Assembly (NCBI RefSeq): GCF_009914755.1
Contig: NC_060927.1
Source of the DNA: the human T2T-CHM13v2.0 reference genome, Homo sapiens
Reading direction: 5' to 3' (one strand)
Length of the DNA: 64,000 nucleotides
Both the position numbers and the translations under genes were made by a program. The notes under the pieces are model-generated. The model was not told the origin of the DNA. It did not search any database and saw only the letters and a list, made by a program, of their open reading frames with translations. Below, one piece after another: positions 1 to 17,000 of this stretch (the stretch's first letter is position 1; each line of letters opens with the position of its first letter).

Positions 1-289
1 GATTATATACTGTACATAAAATACCAAAGTACCACAAATATATATTTTCTACTGTACATGAAATATCAAAGTTCACAAACTATATATTATATACTGTACA
101 TAAAATATCAAAGATCTCAAGGTATATATTCTATACTGTACAAAAAATATCAAAGTACCCAAAGCATGTATTATATACTGTACATAAAATATGAAAGTAC
201 ATCAAATATATATTTTATTCTGTACATAAAATATCAAAGTACACCAAATATATATTCTACAGTGTACATAAAATATGAAAGTACCCAAA

Positions 290-2470
290 CTATACATTAC
301 ATGCTGTACATAAAATATGAAATTATATCAAATATATATTATATTAGGAACATAAAATATGAAAGTACAAAAAATATAGATTATTAACTGTACATAAAAT
401 ATCAAAGAACCCCAAATATATATTATATACTGTACATGAGATATCAAACTTCACAAACTATATATTATATAGTGTACATAAAATATCAAAGTACCCAAGG
501 TATATATTCTATACTGTACAAAAAATATCAAAGTACCCAAAGCATGTATTATATACTGTACATAAAAGATGAAAGTACATCAAATATATATTTTATTCTG
601 TACATAAAATATCAAAGTACACCAGATATATATTTTATAGTGTACATAAAATATCAAAGTACCCAAACTATACATTATATACTGTACATAAAATATGAAA
701 TTACATCAAATATATATTATATTAGGTACATAAAATATGAAAGTACATCAAATATAGATTATATACTGTACATAAAATTTAAAAGTACCCCAAATATATA
801 TTATATACTGTACATGAAATATCAAAACACACAAACTATATATTATATACTGTAGAAAAAATATCAAAGTACCCAAAGCAAGTATTATATACTGTACATA
901 AAAGATGAAAGTACATCAAATATATATTTTATTCTGTACATAAAATATCAAAGTACACCAGATATATATTTTATAGTGTACATAAAATATCAAGGTACCC
1001 AAACTATACATTATATACTGTACATAAAATATGAAATTACATCAAATATATATTATATTAGGTACATAAAATATGAAAGTACATCAAATATAGATTATTA
1101 AGTGTACATAAAATATCAAAGAACCCCAAATATATATTATATACTGTACATGAAATATCAAAGTTCACAAACTATATATTATATACTGTACATAAAATAT
1201 CAAAGTACCCAAGGTATATATTCTATACTGTACAAAAAATATCAAAGTACCCAAAGCATGTATTATATACTGTACATAAAATATGAAAGTACATCAAATA
1301 TATATTTGATTCTGTACATAAAATAACAAAGTACACCAGATATATATTTTATAGTGCACATAAAATATCAAAGTACCCAAACTGTACATTACATGCTGTA
1401 CATAAAATATGAAATTACATCAAATATATATTATATTAGGAACATAAAATATGAAAGTACATCAAATATAGATTATTAACTGTACATAAAATATCAAAGA
1501 ACCACAAATATATATTATATACTGTACATGAGATATCAAACTTCACAAACTATATATTATATACTGTACATAAAATATCAAAGTACCCAAGGTATATATT
1601 CTATACTGTACAAAAAATATCAAAGTATCCAAAGCATGTATTATATACTGTACATAAAAGATGAAATACATCAAATATATATTTCATTCTGTACATAAAA
1701 TATCATAGTACACCAGATATATATTTTATAGTGTACATAAAATATCAAAGTACCCAAACTATACATTATATACTGTACATAAAATATGAAATTACATCAA
1801 ATATATATTATATAAGGTACGTAAAATATGAAAGTACATCAAATATAGATTATATACTGTACATAAAATGTAAAAGTACCCCAAATATATATTATATACT
1901 GTACATGAAATATCAAAACACACAAACTATATATTATATACTGTAGAAAAAATATCAAAGTATCCAAAGCAAGTATTATATACTGTACATAAAAGATGAA
2001 AGTACAACAAATATATATTTTATTCTGTACATAAAATATCAAAGTACACCAGATATATATTTTATAGTGTACATAAAATATCAAGGTACCCAAAGTATAC
2101 ATTATATACTGTACATAAAATATGAAATTACATCAAATATATATTATATTAGGTACGTAAAATATGAAAGTACATCAAATATAGATTATATACTGTACAT
2201 AAAATATAAAAGAACCCCAAATATATATTATATACTGTACATGAAATATCAAAATACAGAAACTATATATTATATACTGTACATAAAATATCAAAGTACC
2301 CAAGGTATATATTCTATACTGTACAAAAAATATCAAAGTACCCAAAACATGTATTATATACTGTACATAAAATATGAAAGTATATCAAATACATATTTTA
2401 TTGAGTACATAAAATAACAAAGTACACCAGATATATATTTTATAGTGTACATAAAATATCAAAGTACCCA
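290..2470 (+). repeat. Diverged local tandem duplication of a 26-monomer (1,092-bp) unit
   Basis: Variants recur at +1092/1091: 'ttacatgctg...aggaacat...gattattaac...gagatatcaaact' (ATG at 436 and 1528); the H-less 8-mer 'tgtagaaaaaatatc...aagcaag' (stops at 855 and 1946). Confidence 0.75.
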
Positions 2471-5400
2471 ACTATACATTACATACTGTACATAAAATAT
2501 GAAATTACATCAAATATATATTATATTAGGAATATAAAATATGAAAGTACATCAAATATAGATTATATACTGTACATAAAAATCAAAGTACCCCAAATAT
2601 ATATTATATAGTGTACATGAAATATTAAAGTTCAGAAACTATATATTATATACTGTACATAAAAGATGAAAGTACATAAAATATATATGTTATTCTGTAC
2701 ATAAAGTATCAAAGTTCGCCAGATATATATTTTATAGTGTACATAAAATATCAAATACCGAAACTATACATTATATACTGTACATAAAATATGAAATTAC
2801 ATCAAATATATATTATATTAGTTACCTAAAATATGAAAGTACATCAAATATAGATTATTAACTGTACATAAAATACCAACGTAACTCAAATATATATTTT
2901 ATACTGTACATGGAATATCAAAGTTCACAAACTATATATTATATACTGTACGTAAAATATCAAAGAACTCAAGGTATATATTCTATACTGTACAAATAAT
3001 ATCAAAGTACCCAAAGCATGTATTATATACTGTACATAAAATATGAAAGTACATCAAATATATATTTTATTCTGTACATAAGATATCAAAGTAAACCAAA
3101 TATATATTCTATACTGTACATAAAATATCAAAGTACCCAAACTATACATTATATACTGTACATAAAATATGAAATTACATCCAATATATATTATATTAGT
3201 TACATAAAATATGAAAGTACATCAAATATAGATTATATACTGTACATAAAATACAAACGTACCCCAAATATATATTTTATACTGTACATGAAATATCAAA
3301 GTTCACAGACTGTATATTATATACTGTACATAATATAACAAAGAACTCAAGGTATATATTCTATACTGTACAAAAAATATATAAGCACCCAAAGCATGTA
3401 TTATATACTGTACATAAAACATGAAAGTACATCAAATATATATTTTATTCTGTACATAAGATATCAAAATAAACAAAATATATATTCTCTACTGTACATA
3501 AAATATCAAAGTACCCAAACTATATATTATGTACTGTACATAAAATATGAAATTACATAAATATATGTTATACTAGGTACATAAAATATGAAAGTACATC
3601 AAATATAGATTATATACTGTACATAAAATACCAAAGTACCCCAAATATATATTTTATACTGTACATGAAATATCAAAGTTCACAAACTATATAGTATATA
3701 CTGTACATAAAATAACAAAGTACCCAAGGTATATATTCTATACTGTACAAAAAATATCAAAGTACCCAAAGCATGTATTATATACTGTACATAAAATATG
3801 AAAGTACATCAAATATATATTTTATTCTGTACAAAAGATATCAAAGTAAACCAAATATATATTCTATACTGTACATAAAATATCAAAGTACCCAAACTAT
3901 ACATTATATACTGTACATAAAATATGAAATTACATAATAATATATTATATTAGGTACATAAAATATGAAAGTACATCAAATATAGATTATATACTGTACA
4001 TAAAATATCAAAGTACCCCAAATATATATTATATACTGTACATGAAATATCAAAGTTCACAAAATATATAGTATATACTGTACATAAAATATCAAAGTAC
4101 CCAAGGTATATATTCTATACGGTACAAAAAATATCAAAGTACCCAAAGCATGTATTATATACTGTACATAAAATATGAAAGTACATCAAATATAGATTAT
4201 ATACTGTATATAAAATACCAAAGTACCCCAAATATATATTTTATACTGTACATGAAATATCAAAGTTCACAAACTATATAGTATATACTGTACATAAAAT
4301 ATGAATATACCCAAGTTATATATTCTATACTGTACAAAAAATATCAAAGTACCCATAGCATGTATTATATACTGTACATAATATATGAAAGTACATCAAA
4401 TATATATTTTATTCTGTACATAAAATATAAAAGTAAAACAAATATATATTCCATACTGTACATAAAATATCAAATTACCCATACTATACATTATATACTG
4501 TACATAAAATATGAAATTACATCAAATATATATTATATTAGGTACATAAAATATGAAAGTACATCAAATATAGATTATATACTGTACATAGAATACCAAA
4601 GTACCCCAAATATATATTTTATACTGTACATGAAATATCAAATTTCACAAAGTATATATTATATACTCTACATAAAATATCAAGGTACCCAAGTCATATA
4701 TTCTATGCTGTACAAAAAATATCAAGGTACCCAAATCATGTATTAAATACTGTACAAGAAATATGAAAGTACGTCAAATATATATTTTATTCTGTACATA
4801 AAATATCAAAGTACACCAAATATATATTCTACAGTGTACATAAAATATCAAAGTACCCAAACTATACATTATATACTGTACATAAAATATGAAATTACAT
4901 CAAATATATATTATATTAGGTACATAAAATACGAAAGTTCATCAAATATAGATTATATACTGTACATAAAATATCAAAGTACCCCAAATATATATTATAT
5001 TCTGTACATGAAATATCAAAGATCACAAACTATATATTATATACTGCACATAAAATATCAAAGTACCCAAGGTATATATTCTATACTGTACAAAAAATAT
5101 CAAAGTACCCAAAGCATGTATTATATACTGTACATAAAAGATGAAAGTACATCAAATATATATGTTATTCTGTACATAAAATATCAAAGTACACCAGATA
5201 TATATTTTATAGTGTACATAAAATATCAAAGTACCCAAACTATACATTATATACTGTACATAAAATATGAAATTACATCAAATATATATTATATTAGGTA
5301 CATAAAATATGAAAGTACATCAAATATAGATTATTAACTGTACATAAAATATCAAAGAACCCCAAATATATATTATATACTGTACATGAGATATCAAACT

Positions 5401-8400
5401 TCACACACTATATATTATATACTGTACATAAAATATCAAAGTACCCAAGGAATATATTCTATACTGTACAAAAAATATCAAAGTACCCAAAGCATGTATT
5501 ATATACTGTACATAAAAGATGAAAGTACATCAAATATATATTTTATTCTCTACATAAAATATCAAAGTACACCAAATATATATTCTATAGTGTACATAAA
5601 ATATCAAAGTACCCAAACTATACATTCTATACTGTACATAAAATATGAAATTACATCAAATATATATTATATTAGGTACATAAAATATGAAAGTACATCA
5701 AATATAGATTATATACTGTACATAAAATATCAAAGTACCCCAAATATATATTATATATTGTACATGAAATATCAAAGTTCACAAACTATATAGTATATAC
5801 TGTACATAAAATATCAAAGTACCCAAGGTATATATTCTATACTGTACAAAAAATATCAAAGTACCCAAAGCATGTATTATATACTGTACATAAAATATGA
5901 AAGTACATCAAATATATATTTTATTCTGTACATAAAATATCAAAGTACACCAGATATATATTTTATAGTGTACATAAAATATCAAAGTACCCAAACTATA
6001 CATTATATACTGTACATAAAATATGAAATTACATCAAATATATATTATATTAGGTACATAAAATACGAAAGTACATCAAATATAGAATATATACTGTACA
6101 TAAAATATCAAAGTACCCCAAATATATATTATATACTGTACATGAAATATCAAAGTTTGCAAACTATATATTATATACTGTACATAAAATATCAAAGTAC
6201 CCAAGGTATATATTCTATACTGTACAAAAAATATCAAAGTATCCAAAGCATGTATTATACACTGTACATAAAATATGAAAGTACATCAAATATATATATT
6301 ATTCTGTACATAAAATATCAAAGTACACCAGATATATATTTTATAGTGTACATAAAATATCAAAGTACCCAAACTATACATTATATACTGTACATAAAAT
6401 ATGAAAGTACATCAAATATATATTATATTAGTTACCTAAAATATGAAAGTACATCAAATATAGATTATATGCTGTACACAAAATATCAAAGTACCCCAAA
6501 TATATATTATATACTGTATATGAAATATCAAAGTTCACAAACTATATATTATATACTGTACATAAAATATCAAAGTACCCAAGGTATATATTCTATACTG
6601 TACAAAAAATATCAAAGTACCCAAAGCATGTATTATATACTGTACATAAAATATGAAAGTACATCAAATATATATTTTATTCTGTACATAAAATATCAAA
6701 GTACACCAGATATATATTTTATAGTGTACATAAAATATCAAAATACCGAAACTATACATTATATACTGTACATAAAATATGAAATTACATCAAATATATA
6801 TTATATTAAGTACCTAAAATATGAAAGTACATCAAATATAGATTATTAACTGTACATAAAATATCAAAGAACCCCAAATATATATTATATTCTGTACATG
6901 AAATATCAAAGTTCACAAACTATATATTATATACTGTACATAAAATATCAAAGTACCCAAGGTATATATTCTATACTGTACAAAAAATATCAAAGTACCC
7001 AAAGCATGTATTATATACTGTACATAAAATATGAAAGTACATCAAATATATATTATATTAGGTACGTAAAATATGAAAGTACATCAAATATAGATTATAT
7101 ACCATACATAAAATATAAAGGAACCCCAAATATATATGATATACTGTACATGAAATATCAAAATACACAAACTGTATATTATATACTGTACATAAAATAT
7201 CAAAGTACCCAAGGTATATATTCTATACTGTACAAAAAATATCAAAGTACCCAAAGCATGTATTATATACCGTACATAAAATATGAAAGTACATCAAATA
7301 TATATTTTATTCTGTACATAAAATAACAAAGTACACCAGATATATATTTTATAGTGTACATAAAATATCAAAGTACCCAAACTATACATTACATACTGTA
7401 CATAAAATATGGAATTACATCAAATATATATTATATTAGATACGTAAAATATGAAAGTACATCAAATATAGATTATATACCATACATAAAATATAAAGGA
7501 ACCCCAAATATATATGTTATACTGTACATGAAATATCAAAGTTCACAAACTATATATTATATACTATAGATAAAATATCAAAGTACCCAAGGTATATATT
7601 CTATACTGTAAGAAAAATATCAAAGTACCCAAAGCATGTATTATATACTGTACATAAAATATGAAAGTACATCAAATATATATTTTATTCTGTACATAAA
7701 ATAACAAAGCACACCAGATATATATTTTATAGTGTACATAAAATATGAAATTACCCAAACTATACATTACATACTGTACATAAAATATGGAATTACATCA
7801 AATATAAATTATATTAGGTACGTGAAATATGAAAGTACATCTAATATAGATTATATACCATACATAAAATATAAAGGAACCCCAAATATATATGATATAC
7901 TGTACATGAAATATCAAAGTTCAGAAACTATATATTATATACTGTAGATAAAATATCAAAGTACCCAAGGTATATATTCTATACTGTAAAAAAAATATCA
8001 AAGTACCCAAAGCATGTATTATATACTGTACATAAAATATGAAAGCACATCAAATATATATTATATTAGGTACATAAAATATGAAAGTACATAAAATATA
8101 GATGATATACTGTACATAAAATATCAAAGTAGCCCAAATATATATTATACAGTGTACATGAAATATCAAAATTTACAAAATATATATTATATAATGTACA
8201 TAAAATATCAAAGTACCCAAAGCAAGTATTATATACTGTACATAAAAGATGAAAGTACATCAAATATATATTTTATTCTGTACATAAAATATCAAAGTAC
8301 AACAGATATATATTTTATAGTGTACATAAAATATCAAGGTACCCAAACTATACATTATGTACTGTACATAAAATATGAAATTACATCAAATATATATTAT

Positions 8401-11081
8401 ATTAGGTACGTAAAATATGAAAGTATATCAAAGATAGATTATATACTGTACATAATATATAAAAGAACCCCAAATATATATTATATACTGTACATGAAAT
8501 ATCAAAGTACACAAACTATATATTATATACTGTACATAAAATATCAAAGTACCCAAGGTATATATTCTATACTGTACAAAAATATCAAAGTACCCAAAGC
8601 ATGTATTATATACTGTACATAAAATATGAAAGTACATCAAATATATATTTTATTCTGTACATAAAATAACAAAGTACACCAGATATATATTTTATAGTGT
8701 ACATAAAATATGAAATTACCCAAACTATACATTACATACTGTACATAAAATATGGAATTACATCAAATATATATTATATTAGGTATGTAAAATATGAAAG
8801 TACATCAAATATAGATTATATACCATACATAAAATATAAAGGAACCCCAAATATATATGATATACTGTACATGAAATATCAAAGTTCACAAACTATATAT
8901 TATATACTGTAGATAAAATATCAAAGTACCCAAGGTATATATTCTATACTGTAAAAAAAATATCAAAGTACCCAAAGCATGTATTATATACTGTACATAA
9001 AATATGAAAGCACATCAAATATATATTATATTAGGTACATAAAATATGAAAGTACATAAAATATAGATGATATACTGTACATAAAATATCAAAGTAGCCC
9101 AAATATATATTATACAGTGTACATGAAATATCAAAATTTACAAAATATATATTATATAATGTACATAAAATATCAAAGTACCCAAAGCAAGTATTATATA
9201 CTGTACATAAAAGATGAAAGTACATCAAATATATATTTTATTCTGTACATAAAATATCAAAGTACACCAGATATATATTTTATAGTGTACATAAAATATC
9301 AAGGTACCCAAACTATACATTATATACTGTACATAAAATATGAAATTACATCAAATATATATTATATTAGGTACGTAAAATATGAAAGTACATCAAATAT
9401 AGATTATATACTGTACATAATATATAAAAGAACCCCAACTATATATTATATACTGTACATGAAATATCAAAATACACAAACTATATATTATATACTGTAC
9501 ATAAAATATCAAATTACCCAAGGTATATATTCTATACTGTACAAAAAATATCAAAGTACCCAAAGCATGTATTATATACTGTACATAAAATATGAAAGTA
9601 CATCAAATATATATTTTATTCTGTACATAAAATAACAAAGTACACCAGATATATATTTTATAGTGTACATAAAATATGAAATTACCCAAACTATACATTA
9701 CATACTGTACATAAAATATGGAATTACATCAAATATATATTATATTAGGTACGTAAAATATGAAAGTACATCAAATATAGATTATATACCATACATAAAA
9801 TATAAAGGAACCCCAAATATATATGATATACTGTACATGAAATATCAAAGTTCACAAACTATATATTATATACTGTACATAAAATATCAATGTACCCAAG
9901 GTATATATTCTATAGTGTACAAAAAATATCAAAGTACCCAAAGCATGTATTATATACTGTACCTAAAATATGAAAGTACATCAAATATATATTTTATTCT
10001 GTACATAAAATATCAAAGTACACGCAATATATATTCTATACTGTATATAAAATATAAAAGTACCCAAACTATACATTACATCCTTTACATAAAAGATGAG
10101 ATTACATCAAAAATATATTATATTAGGTACGTAAAATATGAAAGTACATCAAATATAGATTATATGCTGTACATAAAATACCAAAGTACCCCAAATATAT
10201 ATTTTATACTGTACATGAAATATCAAAGTTCTCAAACTATATATTATATACTGTACATAAAATATCAAAGTACCCAAGTTATATATTCTATACTGTACCA
10301 AAAATATCAAAGTACCCAAAGCATGTATTATATGCTGTACATAAAATATGAAAGTACATCAAATATATATTTTATTCTGTACATAAAATATCAAAGTACA
10401 CCAAATATATATTCTATACTGTACATAAAATATCAAAATACCCAAACTATACAGTATATACTGTACATAAAATATGAAATTACATCAAATATATATTATA
10501 TTAGGTACATAAAATATGAAAGTACATCAAATATAGATTATATACTGTACATAAAATATCAAAGTACCCAAATATATATTATATACTGTACATGAAATAT
10601 CAAAGTTCACAAACTATATATTATATACTGTACATAAAATATCAAAGTACCCAAGGTATATATTCTATACTGTACAAAAAATATCAAAGTACCCAAAGCA
10701 TGTATTATATACTGTACATAAAATATGAAAGTACATCAAATATATATTTGATTCTGTACATAAAATAACAAAGTACACCACATATATATTTTATAGTGTA
10801 CATAAAATATCAATGTACCCAAACTATACATTACATGCTGTACATAAAATATGAAATTATATCAAATATATATTATATTAGGAACATAAAATATGAAAGT
10901 ACAACAAATATAGATTATTAACTGTACATAAAATATCAAAGAACCCCAAATATATATTATATACTGTACATGAGATATCAAACTTCACAAACTATATATT
11001 ATATAGTGTACATAAAATATCAAAGTACCCAAGGTATATATTCTATACTGTACAAAAAATATCAAAGTACCCAAAGCATGT
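1640..11081 (+). repeat. 9,442-bp super-higher-order repeat, copy 1 (225 monomers minus eight 1-bp deletions)
   Basis: Essentially identical ORF translations recur at +9442 (1731/11173, 3018/12460, 4360/13802, 5872/15314, 9663/19105). 1-bp deletions near 2470, 2580, 2755, 3555, 3930, 8580, 10565 and 11105 give 225x42-8=9442. Confidence 0.93.
7720..9870 (+). repeat. Internal tandem 23-monomer (966/965-bp; 6+8+9) repeat, about 2.2 copies
   Basis: ORF starts 7732/8697/9663 and 8152/9117. Shared variants 'gaaagcacatc', 'tagatgata', 'gtagccc', 'aatttacaaaat'. Repeated in copy 2 at 17174/18139/19105. Confidence 0.88.
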
Positions 11082-14000
11082 ATTATATACTGTACATAAA
11101 AGATGAAATACATCAAATATATATTTCATTCTGTACATAAAATATCATAGTACACCAGATATATATTTTATAGTGTACATAAAATATCAAAGTACCCAAA
11201 CTATACATTATATACTGTACATAAAATATGAAATTACATCAAATATATATTATATAAGGTACGTAAAATATGAAAGTACATCAAATATAGATTATATACT
11301 GTACATAAAATGTAAAAGTACCCCAAATATATATTATATACTGTACATGAAATATCAAAACACACAAACTATATATTATATACTGTAGAAAAAATATCAA
11401 AGTATCCAAAGCAAGTATTATATACTGTACATAAAAGATGAAAGTACATCAAATATATATTTTATTCTGTACATAAAATATCAAAGTACACCAGATATAT
11501 ATTTTATAGTGTACATAAAATATCAAGGTACCCAAAGTATACATTATATACTGTACATAAAATATGAAATTACATCAAATATATATTATATTAGGTACGT
11601 AAAATATGAAAGTACATCAAATATAGATTATATACTGTACATAAAATATAAAAGAACCCCAAATATATATTATATACTGTACATGAAATATCAAAATACA
11701 GAAACTATATATTATATACTGTACATAAAATATCAAAGTACCCAAGGTATATATTCTATACTGTACAAAAAATATCAAAGTACCCAAAACATGTATTATA
11801 TACTGTACATAAAATATGAAAGTATATCAAATACATATTTTATTGAGTACATAAAATAACAAAGTACACCAGATATATATTTTATAGTGTACATAAAATA
11901 TCAAAGTACCCAACTATACATTACATACTGTACATAAAATATGAAATTACATCAAATATATATTATATTAGGAATATAAAATATGAAAGTACATCAAATA
12001 TAGATTATATACTGTACATAAAAATCAAAGTACCCCAAATATATATTATATAGTGTACATGAAATATTAAAGTTCAGAAACTATATATTATATACTGTAC
12101 ATAAAAGATGAAAGTACATAAAATATATATGTTATTCTGTACATAAAGTATCAAAGTTCGCCAGATATATATTTTATAGTGTACATAAAATATCAAATAC
12201 CGAAACTATACATTATATACTGTACATAAAATATGAAATTACATCAAATATATATTATATTAGTTACCTAAAATATGAAAGTACATCAAATATAGATTAT
12301 TAACTGTACATAAAATACCAACGTAACTCAAATATATATTTTATACTGTACATGGAATATCAAAGTTCACAAACTATATATTATATACTGTACGTAAAAT
12401 ATCAAAGAACTCAAGGTATATATTCTATACTGTACAAATAATATCAAAGTACCCAAAGCATGTATTATATACTGTACATAAAATATGAAAGTACATCAAA
12501 TATATATTTTATTCTGTACATAAGATATCAAAGTAAACCAAATATATATTCTATACTGTACATAAAATATCAAAGTACCCAAACTATACATTATATACTG
12601 TACATAAAATATGAAATTACATCCAATATATATTATATTAGTTACATAAAATATGAAAGTACATCAAATATAGATTATATACTGTACATAAAATACAAAC
12701 GTACCCCAAATATATATTTTATACTGTACATGAAATATCAAAGTTCACAGACTGTATATTATATACTGTACATAATATAACAAAGAACTCAAGGTATATA
12801 TTCTATACTGTATAAAAAATATATAAGCACCCAAAGCATGTATTATATACTGTACATAAAACATGAAAGTACATCAAATATATATTTTATTCTGTACATA
12901 AGATATCAAAATAAACAAAATATATATTCTCTACTGTACATAAAATATCAAAGTACCCAAACTATATATTATGTACTGTACATAAAATATGAAATTACAT
13001 AAATATATGTTATACTAGGTACATAAAATATGAAAGTACATCAAATATAGATTATATACTGTACATAAAATACCAAAGTACCCCAAATATATATTTTATA
13101 CTGTACATGAAATATCAAAGTTCACAAACTATATAGTATATACTGTACATAAAATAACAAAGTACCCAAGGTATATATTCTATACTGTACAAAAAATATC
13201 AAAGTACCCAAAGCATGTATTATATACTGTACATAAAATATGAAAGTACATCAAATATATATTTTATTCTGTACAAAAGATATCAAAGTAAACCAAATAT
13301 ATATTCTATACTGTACATAAAATATCAAAGTACCCAAACTATACATTATATACTGTACATAAAATATGAAATTACATAATAATATATTATATTAGGTACA
13401 TAAAATATGAAAGTACATCAAATATAGATTATATACTGTACATAAAATATCAAAGTACCCCAAATATATATTATATACTGTACATGAAATATCAAAGTTC
13501 ACAAAATATATAGTATATACTGTACATAAAATATCAAAGTACCCAAGGTATATATTCTATACGGTACAAAAAATATCAAAGTACCCAAAGCATGTATTAT
13601 ATACTGTACATAAAATATGAAAGTACATCAAATATAGATTATATACTGTATATAAAATACCAAAGTACCCCAAATATATATTTTATACTGTACATGAAAT
13701 ATCAAAGTTCACAAACTATATAGTATATACTGTACATAAAATATGAATATACCCAAGTTATATATTCTATACTGTACAAAAAATATCAAAGTACCCATAG
13801 CATGTATTATATACTGTACATAATATATGAAAGTACATCAAATATATATTTTATTCTGTACATAAAATATAAAAGTAAAACAAATATATATTCCATACTG
13901 TACATAAAATATCAAATTACCCATACTATACATTATATACTGTACATAAAATATGAAATTACATCAAATATATATTATATTAGGTACATAAAATATGAAA

Positions 14001-17000
14001 GTACATCAAATATAGATTATATACTGTACATAGAATACCAAAGTACCCCAAATATATATTTTATACTGTACATGAAATATCAAATTTCACAAAGTATATA
14101 TTATATACTCTACATAAAATATCAAGGTACCCAAGTCATATATTCTATGCTGTACAAAAAATATCAAGGTACCCAAATCATGTATTAAATACTGTACAAG
14201 AAATATGAAAGTACGTCAAATATATATTTTATTCTGTACATAAAATATCAAAGTACACCAAATATATATTCTACAGTGTACATAAAATATCAAAGTACCC
14301 AAACTATACATTATATACTGTACATAAAATATGAAATTACATCAAATATATATTATATTAGGTACATAAAATACGAAAGTTCATCAAATATAGATTATAT
14401 ACTGTACATAAAATATCAAAGTACCCCAAATATATATTATATTCTGTACATGAAATATCAAAGATCACAAACTATATATTATATACTGCACATAAAATAT
14501 CAAAGTACCCAAGGTATATATTCTATACTGTACAAAAAATATCAAAGTACCCAAAGCATGTATTATATACTGTACATAAAAGATGAAAGTACATCAAATA
14601 TATATGTTATTCTGTACATAAAATATCAAAGTACACCAGATATATATTTTATAGTGTACATAAAATATCAAAGTACCCAAACTATACATTATATACTGTA
14701 CATAAAATATGAAATTACATCAAATATATATTATATTAGGTACATAAAATATGAAAGTACATCAAATATAGATTATTAACTGTACATAAAATATCAAAGA
14801 ACCCCAAATATATATTATATACTGTACATGAGATATCAAACTTCACACACTATATATTATATACTGTACATAAAATATCAAAGTACCCAAGGAATATATT
14901 CTATACTGTACAAAAAATATCAAAGTACCCAAAGCATGTATTATATACTGTACATAAAAGATGAAAGTACATCAAATATATATTTTATTCTCTACATAAA
15001 ATATCAAAGTACACCAAATATATATTCTATAGTGTACATAAAATATCAAAGTACCCAAACTATACATTCTATACTGTACATAAAATATGAAATTACATCA
15101 AATATATATTATATTAGGTACATAAAATATGAAAGTACATCAAATATAGATTATATACTGTACATAAAATATCAAAGTACCCCAAATATATATTATATAT
15201 TGTACATGAAATATCAAAGTTCACAAACTATATAGTATATACTGTACATAAAATATCAAAGTACCCAAGGTATATATTCTATACTGTACAAAAAATATCA
15301 AAGTACCCAAAGCATGTATTATATACTGTACATAAAATATGAAAGTACATCAAATATATATTTTATTCTGTACATAAAATATCAAAGTACACCAGATATA
15401 TATTTTATAGTGTACATAAAATATCAAAGTACCCAAACTATACATTATATACTGTACATAAAATATGAAATTACATCAAATATATATTATATTAGGTACA
15501 TAAAATACGAAAGTACATCAAATATAGAATATATACTGTACATAAAATATCAAAGTACCCCAAATATATATTATATACTGTACATGAAATATCAAAGTTT
15601 GCAAACTATATATTATATACTGTACATAAAATATCAAAGTACCCAAGGTATATATTCTATACTGTACAAAAAATATCAAAGTATCCAAAGCATGTATTAT
15701 ACACTGTACATAAAATATGAAAGTACATCAAATATATATATTATTCTGTACATAAAATATCAAAGTACACCAGATATATATTTTATAGTGTACATAAAAT
15801 ATCAAAGTACCCAAACTATACATTATATACTGTACATAAAATATGAAAGTACATCAAATACATATTATATTAGTTACCTAAAATATGAAAGTACATCAAA
15901 TATAGATTATATGCTGTACACAAAATATCAAAGTACCCCAAATATATATTATATACTGTATATGAAATATCAAAGTTCACAAACTATATATTATATACTG
16001 TACATAAAATATCAAAGTACGCAAGGTATATATTCTATACTGTACAAAAAATATCAAAGTACCCAAAGCATGTATTATATACTGTACATAAAATATGAAA
16101 GTACATCAAATATATATTTTATTCTGTACATAAAATATCAAAGTACACCAGATATATATTTTATAGTGTACATAAAATATCAAAATACCGAAACTATACA
16201 TTATATACTGTACATAAAATATGAAATTACATCAAATATATATTATATTAAGTACCTAAAATATGAAAGTACATCAAATATAGATTATTAACTGTACATA
16301 AAATATCAAAGAACCCCAAATATATATTATATTCTGTACATGAAATATCAAAGTTCACAAACTATATATTATATACTGTACATAAAATATCAAAGTACCC
16401 AAGGTATATATTCTATACTGTACAAAAAATATCAAAGTACCCAAAGCATGTATTATATACTGTACATAAAATATGAAAGTACATCAAATATATATTATAT
16501 TAGGTACGTAAAATATGAAAGTACATCAAATATAGATTATATACCATACATAAAATATAAAGGAACCCCAAATATATATGATATACTGTACATGAAATAT
16601 CAAAATACACAAACTGTATATTATATACTGTACATAAAATATCAAAGTACCCAAGGTATATATTCTATACTGTACAAAAAATATCAAAGTACCCAAAGCA
16701 TGTATTATATACCGTACATAAAATATGAAAGTACATCAAATATATATTTTATTCTGTACATAAAATAACAAAGTACACCAGATATATATTTTATAGTGTA
16801 CATAAAATATCAAAGTACCCAAACTATACATTACATACTGTACATAAAATATGGAATTACATCAAATATATATTATATTAGATACGTAAAATATGAAAGT
16901 ACATCAAATATAGATTATATACCATACATAAAATATAAAGGAACCCCAAATATATATGTTATACTGTACATGAAATATCAAAGTTCACAAACTATATATT

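Noticed and set aside
1640-11081. 225 monomers equals exactly 25x9, suggesting 25 perfect 9-mers or length selection
   Set aside because: The unit contains 5-, 6-, 7- and 8-mer cycles. The total being a multiple of nine has roughly a 1-in-9 chance, and other units here (23, 26, 44, 49) are not multiples.
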